The position numbers and the translations under genes were made by a program. Below the pieces are notes generated by a model that was not told the DNA's origin, did not search any database, and saw only the letters and a program-made list of their open reading frames with translations. A stretch of 64,000 nt of DNA, from positions 1-64,000 of the forward strand of contig NIVC01001960.1 of NCBI GenBank assembly GCA_002269645.1, read 5' to 3'. This DNA comes from Macrostomum lignano. Its lineage: Eukaryota. This document shows positions 12,701 to 22,000 of the stretch, piece after piece. Position 1 is the first letter of the stretch; each line of letters starts with the position of its first letter.

Positions 12701-14119
12701 CCTTGGTCTAGGGGAAAGAGTGAGTGAGTAGCACAAACAACAGAAAAAGCAGACAAACTTCACATGCCTACAGTTTCTGTTCTGAGGTACAAAGTTGAGA
12801 CTTTATATTTAGACAGAGAATGAGTAAATGAAGAATTGTATCAAGTTTGAAGTCAATTGCTGTATGTGGAGCAAACTTATGGCAGCTGAAAATTAGTTAA
12901 TTTTAAATCCCTTTCACACATCCATCCAGTGGTCAGGAAGGAGAGAGAGGCGGAGGTTTGGGTGGCTGTCTTGCTGACAAAAAGCAGACTAACTTTAAAA
13001 GTACACAGTGCGATTCAGAATTAACTTCGAGACTCAAAACTTTATACACAATTGTGTCAAAATAGTTGAAAATTGGATCGTGTCCAATTTGAAGAGGATT
13101 TGTAAAGGTAAAATTGGAGCGACGCTATAGAGGATTTAGTGAAATTCTTGCGAAACTGGATAAGCAAATTGTCTCTAGCTAATTACAACTTCCTGAGTTC
13201 AGCTAGCCAAATTGCTGCTTGCCAGTTTTGGTTGGATTCTTGCTAGCAGATTTTGGCTAGCTAAATCCTCACAAGCAAAATTCCTGCTAGCAACTTTTGG
13301 CCAGCAAAATTCTTGCTAGCAAATCTCGGCTAGCAAAATCTTTGCTGGCAAAATTTGTGCTAGCAAGCTTTGGCTAGCAAACTTTGGCTAGCAGATCTCG
13401 GCTAGCAAACCTTAGCTAGCAAGTTTTGGCTAGCAAATTTCTCACTAGCAAACTTGTACTCCCAAAGAATTCTTTATAACTTAAAATTTAAAAATAATAA
13501 TTTAAAAATAATAATAAATTTATTAGTTTAGTCAGATAGCCTTTTTAGCAAGAATTTAAGCTTAGAATTATGAAACAAATGATTTATTATTGTAATAATA
13601 CATTTAGCAATTCAAATTAACTTTAGCAAGAAAAAAACCAGCACTAAGTTTTCAACTTTCCCAATACAAAAGTTTTAAAAATCCATTTTATTAAATTAAA
13701 TACAAAAGTGAAATTACTATAAACAATAGATATAAATAACTTTGACTACAAGCTATAATCATTTATTAAAGTATACAAGATATTATTAAAAAGTTTATAC
13801 AAGGATGTGTTATTCATTTCATAAGCCTATATCCTTAATTTTTATCCATTTATTTATCAATCTCATCATTTTATTTATATTGTATTATCATTGCAATGTA
13901 AAATTTGATGTTTAAATTTTTAACTTATTAAAAGAACACTCAAATTTGAAGAGATGTTTAAAGTATCATAGTTATTAAGTAGCGAAGTGCAAAACATAAC
14001 TCCACTTTTAATGTAAAAAATGCCAATTAGAAAGGTTAACTTTGTAAACTAAGTCTAAACAGCCTGGATGTTTGTCAGCATACCCAAAGTCTGTTGTCCC
14101 ACGTTGAAGTAGCTGTCAT
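754..14119 (-). CDS. Cip4: F-BAR + HR1 + SH3 protein, CIP4/FNBP1/Toca-1 family; 10 coding exons: complement(join(754..1063,5789..5871,5968..6165,7475..7616,7698..7780,8316..8711,9057..9459,10617..10670,10753..10871,14084..14119)), 607 aa as the sequence reads
   Basis: All introns are GT-AG and phases join without stops (1824 nt total). N-terminus MTATSTWDNRLW|DTYNPQLYNFTKYNIDFLKHCSDFLERRCKIEEKYAKEIKKLCKEFKPK resembles the FNBP1/CIP4 F-BAR start (SWGTELWDQ...ERTEIE.SYAK). SGNPLPGDAPFEDL resembles SGFEPPGDIEFEDY. HR1-like region LGPAQQKRKLEEQLKDKEADLQKAMKEIEGLKKLRQTYQHHP. Acidic linker AFADEFADE. SH3 MLYDF...LAVSAGEQVEVLQRDPDWSLVR...GYVP. Confidence 0.88.
1101..5668. repeat. 23-bp minisatellite GGGAGAGAAGAGGAATTCTCATA, about 200 copies, filling CIP4-like intron 9
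   Basis: Direct periodicity; most units contain GAATTC. Confidence 0.97.
6181..7468. repeat. 31-bp minisatellite GTCTGAGCTATTTATCCAGGGCTAACAGCCA, about 41 copies, filling CIP4-like intron 7
   Basis: Direct periodicity. Confidence 0.97.
8790..9035. repeat. About 29-bp C-rich minisatellite (CCCCAACCAGGTAGACTGGCCGGTC) in CIP4-like intron 4
   Basis: Direct periodicity with variable C runs. Confidence 0.9.
9532..10050. repeat. 30-bp minisatellite CAGGGCGATTCTTGAGGGGGAAGGGCAGTC, about 17 copies, CIP4-like intron 3
   Basis: Direct periodicity. Confidence 0.95.
11233..11987. mobile_element. 755-bp non-autonomous DNA transposon (MITE) with 17-bp TIRs and a perfect 10-bp TSD, in intron 1 of the CIP4-like gene
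   Basis: Left end CATAGTGTGGAAGGATG (11233-11249); right end CGTCCTTCCGCACTATG (11971-11987), 2 mismatches. GGCTAGAATC flanks both sides (11223-11232 and 11988-11997). Subterminal GTATGA(C) repeats occur at both ends. Confidence 0.85.
12198..13463. mobile_element. 1.27-kb Foldback/Mutator-like non-autonomous element with inverted arrays of GCTAGC-containing subrepeats
   Basis: Left arm (about 12200-12420) carries (A)TTTGCTAGCC-type units; right arm (about 13200-13455) carries the reverse complement GGCTAGCAAA. Termini are GGG...CCC. Flanks GAAGAATTC (12189-12197) and AAAGAATTC (13464-13472) form a 9-bp TSD with one mismatch. Confidence 0.7.
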
Positions 14120-15163
14120 TTTCGTGCCGTGCCTCTTATATTATAGGTTTAAATAATTTTGGTGTTCAAATTAGTTATTAAAAGTAAAGTATTCTACGGT
14201 GCTGTCGGTGCACGACTAGAAACAGGAAATAATTTTATCGTTGTAAAAAGGCTGAAAATATTATTTCAAGTGTCACAAAGAGGAATCTCCTAAGTTATAT
14301 AAACCATTCTCATCCGCTAAAAATATCTAATTAACTTTTCTTTTTGACCGTTCTTTCACAGTGAATTGCGTATGACACTTAAGAAGTAATAACCACAGCT
14401 TGAGTTTTTAAGGGCGGGCCGATTTTCATTTCTTGGCAATAAGCCTATTTGAATTCACATTAAGGTGAAGATTAAATTAGTTTTTTACGGATTTAAAAAC
14501 AGTCTGGTTTAATTTGTTTTTAATTTTTTTATTATTATTTAGTTATAGCTTTCAATAAATACAGCTTCTAAAAACTTTTTGCGTTTGGTTTGGTTTAACG
14601 TTTAAATAATTTCACGTCGGTTCGTGCCGGTTTGTTCAAAATGCATATTGCAAATCTTTTTAGTCTGCACCTAATCTCAGTGCTTCTGAGAGGTGTCAGT
14701 GCGTGCTAAAAAAACAATAATAGATCTTGTCTTCGGAAGTATCAAAGTACGATTTAACGAGGCTATAATTAAATTGCAATCGAGTAATGACAGCTTAGTA
14801 CCGTGATACGTGTGAGACTTAGAAAAAATGAGTGTACATTACATGCACACATTTACATATGACTTCAGCAAAATCTTTAACTTCTGGTTCATCCTTGCTT
14901 TGTTTAATCACAATAATTTAAAGACAATATGAAGTTCTCTCAGAAGGGCTAATACAATATATTTGAAAATTCGGAAACTGTAACGGTTTTTTGTAATATA
15001 GGCATGCCACGGCATTAGTGAACTACTTACATTACTGGAGTAATTACTTGTTATTTTATCAATGGTTTTAATTTAGAGGGATTCAGAAAGTAGCATACTT
15101 GTGGGTAGCCTGTTCAGCTAAATGTAGCTGCACGAAGTTGCAAAGCCATAATGTCAAATTGAC

Positions 15164-15988
15164 TCACAGTGATGTGCCTTTCAGCCAACGCCAAATATAT
15201 AGAAAAAGATTTAAAACGTTGCACATGAAGGAACAACAAACAGATACGCCAACAAAAATGGTGTAATAGTTTTGAAAACACAACTCTTGTCTGCTCAGAG
15301 TTTTGTACCGTAATAAATTCATTATGTCAGCATCGGAGCCGCGCAGAGTTCCATATCTGTCTCCATGGTACAGCCGCACCTGATCGTTGGCTTTAGCTAT
15401 GCTGCACCTGGCCGCATAGCCCATAAATAGCGAGATTAGAAACAAAGCAAAGTAGGCCGTGATGGCAATCTGGACACCGGCAATCAGGCAGAATGCTCGC
15501 TTCTCCGCATTGCGAAAGCTTTGCATCCTGGACGTGCGAAAGTCCAACAGGAGAACGCGGAGGCAGCAGTGCTGACACACGCCCGATCGTGGTCGGGTCA
15601 CGGCCGGCTCGGGAGTCGCCTTCAAGCTGTCCTCAGCATCGCTAATGGCGGGCTCTTCGTGGTGCCGGGCAGCAGTTTCCGGGGTGTCGGGACAGCAGCA
15701 GGCATTGTTGCACCAGGCGCTACAGAGACCGGCTGCCACTGCGTACAGCCATCCGAGCAACAGAGGCCATACCGTCTGGAAGATGGCGTGGAAGGCTAAG
15801 AACACGTTGCACACCGGAAGGCTGTCCTCGTTGATGCCCGAGTCCTTCGCGTCAATCTTGAGGTAGAGCGGGCAGATGCCCTCAAACTTAGTGAAAATCT
15901 CTAAGGCGAAGACAATCGTGAAGATCAGGCCAGCAGTGAAGTTGAACAAGTAGATGGCAGTGTGAAGAGTGCCGATTTTAATGCTCAT
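15164..15988 (-). CDS. Intronless 274-aa four-transmembrane protein, TMEM179-like
   Basis: Single ATG-to-stop ORF with four hydrophobic segments. Loop motif FEGICPLY after TM1 resembles the TMEM179 F.G.C.L(Y/F) motif; Cys follows TM3 (GYAARC); C-terminal TM. Family call is from recalled motif similarity, not a search. Confidence 0.6.
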   Translation of the reverse strand: MSIKIGTLHTAIYLFNFTAGLIFTIVFALEIFTKFEGICPLYLKIDAKDSGINEDSLPVCNVFLAFHAIFQTVWPLLLGWLYAVAAGLCSAWCNNACCCPDTPETAARHHEEPAISDAEDSLKATPEPAVTRPRSGVCQHCCLRVLLLDFRTSRMQSFRNAEKRAFCLIAGVQIAITAYFALFLISLFMGYAARCSIAKANDQVRLYHGDRYGTLRGSDADIMNLLRYKTLSRQELCFQNYYTIFVGVSVCCSFMCNVLNLFLYIWRWLKGTSL

Positions 15989-16544
15989 TTTTCTAGAATA
16001 TCTGATTCAGATTTCTATATATTTGCAGGAACAGTGCCAAAAGTTTTTTGTTATAAAAACTACACCAAATTGCCACTCTGGTCTGAGATTGCATGCTGAT
16101 TAATCAGACATTTGAACTTGCAGCTGCTTTGACCATAGACAATAAAGCTACTACACACTGTGTTGTATTAACCGTTAGATTAAGCATGAAAGCATCGATG
16201 ATTTATTATACCAAGAAATTTTATCGGGAGGAGAGGTATTTTGTCTATGGTAAAAAGTGCTGGCTTATTGATGCACACTTTGGGGGAATGTGTTAATTTC
16301 TTTATTACACATACATTATTGAGCAAAAAGGAACGAAGTAGCCAATTCTTACACTGCTATACTACTTATTCTCGTAGTAGCTTAAAGGTACATGTACAAA
16401 ACATCTACTGGTCTATAGCGTCTTTCTCCTTGTCCTTGTCGATGCTTTAGCAGTATAGATTTTTTAATCTCTCATTATAGTTTAATTTATTGTTCACCTC
16501 TATCCACACATCCTACTAAGATTTAAACTTTAGGTTATGATTTT

Positions 16545-17078
16545 AGTTCCGCTTCAGTATGAGTTTTAGTTCAGCTTCAGTCTGCATTTTAGTTCAGCTT
16601 CAGTCTGAGTTTTAGTTCAGCTACAGTCTGAGTTTTCGTTCAGCTTCAGCTTCACTCTCAGTTTTAGTTCAGCTTCAGTCTGCATTTTAGTTCAGCTTCA
16701 GTCTGAGTTTTAGTTCAGCTTCAGTCTGAGTTTTAGTTCAGCTTCAGTCTGAGTTTTAGTTCAGCTACAGTCTGAGTTTTAGTTCAGCTTCACTCTGAGT
16801 TTTAGTTCAGCTACAGTCTGAGTTTTAGTTCAGCTTCAGTCTGAGTTTTCGTTCAGCTTCAGCTTCACTCTGAGTTTTAGTTCAGCTTCAGTCTGAGTTT
16901 TCGTTCAGCTTCAGTCTGAGTTTTAGTTCAGCTTCAGTCTGAGTTTTCGTTCAGCTTCAGCTTCACTCTGAGTTTTAGATCATTTTCAGGTTTAAATTTT
17001 AGTTCAGTTTCAGGTTTAAATTTTAGTTTAGTTTCAGGTTTAAATTTTAGTTCAGCTTCAGACTGCATTTTTATGCAG
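16545..17078 (-). repeat. 23-bp minisatellite TTTTAGTTCAGCTTCAGTCTGAG (left arm of an inverted pair)
   Basis: Exact reverse complement of the unit at 17650-18750. Confidence 0.95.
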
Positions 17079-17649
17079 CCACTGCTAAGCTCCATCTGTT
17101 CCTTGCAACTGCAGAAATAAGTCAGGTGATCAGCTAAGAACGTCTTTCGAAGCTCTCGCTCATACCCGCTGGTACCTGTGGCCTCCCTTAGTAGGTGCGG
17201 GGGTTCCAGCCCCAAGCAGAAGTCTATCCAGAATCTGCAGAATCTGCTGCAAGTTCTTATAGCGCTACAAGATGGATGGGAAGAAAGAGGCAACTTCGGA
17301 AATATTTGGTTCACGATGGTAGATAGCTGTTCGAAATCGGCATCGGCATGATTGAAGGGCTTGGGCCAACAGATAAGAAGACAATTGCTTCGGCCTTGGG
17401 CAGCTTCATCATTTTTATTGGATAGAAATTGGAAACTTCCAACGCGATATCGAGTGCACGGAGAAGGAATATCGGGATTCCATTCTTCACGCGCATCCGT
17501 GCGCTTCATCAGGGGGCCGGTACAGTGGTTTAAAGTCGTTTATTTGTACAGGTGCAATCAATTTTGCTTGCTTGCATTGGCACTGAGGGCGAAATAGCCT
17601 ATGGAGGGTCACATCTAAAGAAATATAGCAGTGCGAGCTGTTGTAGGCT

Positions 17650-18750
17650 AAAACTCAGAGTGAAGCTGAACTAAAACTCAGACTGAAACTGAACTAAAAC
17701 TCCGACTGAAGCTGAACTAAAACTCAGACTGAAGCTGAACTAAAACTCAGACTGAAGCTGAACTAAAACTCAGACTGTAGCTGAACTAAAACTCAGACTG
17801 AAACTGAACTAAAACTCAGACTGAAACTGAACTAAAACTCAGACTGTAGCTGAACTAAAACTCAGACTGAAGCTGAACTAAAATGCAGACTGAAGCTGAA
17901 CTAAAATGCAGACTGAAGCTGAACTAAAACTCAGAGTGAAGCTGAACTAAAACTCAGACTGAAGCTGAACTAAAACTCAGACTGTAGCTGAACTAAAACT
18001 CAGACTGAAGCTGAACTAAAACTCAGACTGAAGCTGAACTAAAACTCAGACTGAAGCTGAACTAAAATTGAGACTGAAGCTGAACTAAAACTCAGACTGA
18101 AGCTGAACTAAAACTCAGACTGAAGCTGAACTAAAACTCAGACTGAAGCTGAACTAAAACTCAGACTGAAGCTGAACTAAAACTCAGACTGAAGCTGAAC
18201 TAAAACTCAGACTGAAGCTGAACTAAAACTCAGACTGAAGCTGAACTAAAACTCAGACTGAAACTGAACTAAAACTCAGACTGAAACTGAACTAAAACTC
18301 AGACTGAAGCTGAACTAAAACTCAGACTTAAGCTGAACTAAAACTCAGACTGAAGCTGAACTAAAACTCAGACTGAAGCTGAACTAAAACACAGACTGAA
18401 GCTGAACTAAAATGCAGACTGAAGCTGAACTAAAACTCAGAGTGAAACTGAACGAAAACTCAGACTGAAGCTGAACTAAAACTCAGACTGAAGCTGAACT
18501 AAAACTCAGAGTGAAGCTGAACTAAAACTCAGAGTGAAGCTGAACTAAAACTCAGACTGAAACTGAACTAAAACTCAGACTGAAACTGAACTAAAACTCA
18601 GACTGAAACTGAACTAAAACTCAGACTGAAGCTGAACTAAAACTCAAACTGAATCTGAACTAAAACTCAGACTGAATCTGAACTAAAACTCAGACTTAAG
18701 CTGAACTAAAACTCAGACTGAAGCTGAACTAAAATGCAGACTGAAGCTGA
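17650..18750 (+). repeat. 23-bp minisatellite GACTGAAGCTGAACTAAAACTCA, about 47 copies (right arm of an inverted pair)
   Basis: Direct periodicity. Confidence 0.96.
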
Positions 18751-19061
18751 AGGCAAAGGTCATGTCAGGTGCAAGAATAACACCAGGGAGCTTTTCACCA
18801 GATGAATCATCAGCGCCACACGCAGGATGCAGTCCCAGCAGAATTTCAACTGGTTAAGCTGCGCCATTGCCAGGGAGATGCGCACTACCCACCGCCGCCA
18901 ACCTGGTGCAGACGGTGGAGAGCCAATGCAGAAGCTACAAGAAGCTACCTCGAAATCCAAATAAAAGGCCGTGTAATCAGGAATAGACCTGCATTCTCGA
19001 GCTCTATATCCTCTGTAAGTCTCTCTTACGCAGCTAAGCCTTGCTATAACTTGTTATCTCC

Positions 19062-22000
19062 ATGAAGATTTGTCTGCTTCTAATCGCGGCTGGGCTGCTG
19101 ATCTGCCAAACTGTGCAGGGGGGCAAAACCTTCTCGTTTGAAGGGTCAGTCACTTTCGAGTCTCTGTGTAATGATATGATTTACGATACGAACTCTGCGT
19201 TAGACATAAATTTAACCTCCTGTGGATTTTCAGCTACCGGCTCTACAGGGCTGACCCATTCTCCAAGGAGGCTGCGGCAGTTCTGCGAAGTCTGCATGAT
19301 GCCTACCCGAGCGAACCGGAGCCTGGCGTGAGACAGACACTGAGACGGACCCTGAGACAGACACTGAGACAGACACTCAGACAGACACTGAGACAGACCC
19401 TGAGACAGACACTGAGACAGACACTGAGACAGGCACTGAGACAGACACTGAGACAGACCCTGAGACAGACACTGAGACAGGCACTGAGACAGACACTGAG
19501 ACAGGCACTGAGACAGACACTGAGACAGACACTGAGACAGTCACTGAGACAGACACTGAGACAGACACTGAGACAGGCACTGAGACAGGCACTGAGACAG
19601 ACACTGAGACAGGCACTGAGACAGGCACTGAGACAGACACTGAGACAGACACTGAGACAGTCACTGAGACAGACACTGAGACAGGCACTGAGACAGGCAC
19701 TGAGACAGGCACTGAGACAGACACTGAGACAGACACTGAGACAGGCACTGAGACAGACACTGAGACAGGCACTGAGACAGGCACTGAGACAGACACTGAG
19801 ACAGGCACTGAGACAGGCACTGAGACAGGCACTGAGACAGACACTGAGACAGACACTGAGACAGACACTGAGACAGACACTGAGACAGGCACTGAGACAG
19901 GCACTGAGACAGACACTGAGACAGACACTGGGACAGACACTGAGACAGGCACTGAGACAGACACTGAGACAGGCACCCTAACAAAAACAAACCCCATTTT
20001 CCCGCAGCTCGGCTTGACATTCTTCAACTACCCGAGCCACCGCAACGTCAAGGTAGACATCCTGGTGCCGCCCCGTCTGGTGTCCGCCTTCAGAAAGGCC
20101 GTGGCCGGACGGCCGGATATCCAGCTGGAGCTGCTGCACCGGAACTACGGCCGGGTGGCTGCTCAGGCCGATCGGGAGAATCGGCAGTTTCCGCGGCTGA
20201 TGAAGCGGCTGCGAAGGGCTGTTCGGAGGTCCGATCAGCTGATTCTGAATCACAATCAGTACCTGAGATATGACCAGGTGAGGGGCTGCAGTCACTGCTG
20301 ATTGAGGTGGCTGAGTACTGCTGATTGAGGTGGCTGAGTACTTCTGATTGAGGTGGCTGAGTACTGCTGGTTGAGGTGGCTGAGTACTGCTGATTGGGGT
20401 GGCTGAGTACTGCTGATTGAGGTGGCTGAGTACTGCTGATTGAGGTAGCTGAGTACTGCTGATTGAGGTGGCTGAGTACTGCTGATTGAGGTAGCTGAGT
20501 ACTGCTGATTGAGGTGGCTGAGTACTGCTGATTGAGGTAGCTGAGTACTGCTGATTGAGGTGGCTGAGTACTGCTGATTGAGGTAGCTGAGTGCTGCTGA
20601 TTGAGGTGGCTGAGTACTGCTGATTGAGGTGGCTGAGTACTGCTGATTGAGGTGGCTGAGTACTGCTGATTGAGGTGGCTGATAGAGTCCTAACTACCAA
20701 AGCATTCCTAAATTCAGCTTCTGGAGGCTGTGAATTCGCTGGCTCAGCAATGCAACTTGCTGAGAAGCAACACCTGCCGACAGCAGGAGATCGGCAGCGC
20801 TTATGAAGGTCGAAAGCTGATCGTGCTCAGGGTAAGTCATCATGGTGAGAGAGGAGCAGGCTCGGGTGAGCAGCCGACTGTGCTCAGGATAAGCTACGGA
20901 TGCTCGGTGGTGATCGAACTCAATTCCAACCAAACGAAATTCGGTTCCTCACCTCGCCGCCTCCGAGCAGATCGAGAAAAGCCAGACGGACAAGCAGAAG
21001 CGCAAGGTGTGGATTGACGGCGGCATCCACGCCAGGGAGTGGATCAGCCCGGCCACCGTGCTGTACATGGCCGATGTGGTGAGAGATGCTGTTTGGTCTG
21101 CGCGGGTTTTTATGATTGGCAAAAAGTAGTTCGGAAATTGAAGCCTCATAATCTGAGGGGAGCAGAGCAGCTCAGAGGTAACTACGTCCGACTCTCGCGC
21201 CACGACCCCTGGTTCGAATCCCTGAGCGGCCCCACATTCATTTGGGGCTTGTGCGTACGAAATTGGCCCAGGGCCAACCTTCAAGGCACAGAGAGTGTAC
21301 ATGCCTGACGATCAGGAAGTCAGAGCCGCTGTACACCCTGTGTGATCGTAGCAGTATAGGCGCTCTTGCATGTGCTCAGCAGTCATTGCCTCAGCACTGA
21401 TTGTGGGACCAGTTCAGGTGCCCAGGTGCCCGTCTGCTATGCTGATATTCATTTATATTCATAGTAGACTAACCTGAACACCAAGGTTACAAAAGCGTTG
21501 CAGTCATCATCACCTCCGCATTGAAAAACTCGAACACAGCTGATCTCCAAGGGCCTGAATCGCCGAATGTGGACCCCAGAGGTTGTCGCGCTGCTCGACT
21601 ACTACGATTTTCTGATGCTGCCGCTGTACAACCCGGACGGTTATGAGTACTCCCATTCTCATGTGAGTCCTCTCTGAGCACTGGGACTTTCTCTCTTGTT
21701 ATTCCCTCACTGAACCCAATGACTTTCTCTCCCGATATTCACTGAACCTTTCTCTCCCGATATTCACTGAACCCAATTACTTTCTCTCCCGATATTCACT
21801 GAACCCAATTACTTTCTCTCCCGATATTCACTGAACCTAGTGACTTTCTCTCCCGATATTCACTGAACTCAGTGACTTTCTCTCCCGATATTCACTGAAC
21901 TCAGTGACTTCTCTCCCGATATTCACTGAACCCAGTAACTTTCTCTCCCGATATTCACTGAACCCAGTGACTTTCTCTCCCGATATTCACTGAACCCAGT

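Noticed and set aside
21157-21235. tRNA-like sequences at 21157, 49934 and 61126
   Set aside because: They have A/B boxes but no complete cloverleaf and continue into shared repeat bodies, so they are SINE heads rather than tRNA genes.
21300-21325. CTGACGA...GAA(A) in SINE family B resembling a hammerhead ribozyme core
   Set aside because: No stem II fits between CUGANGA and GAAA; the CTGAC is itself paired in a stem, and one copy has CTAAC, which breaks the catalytic core.
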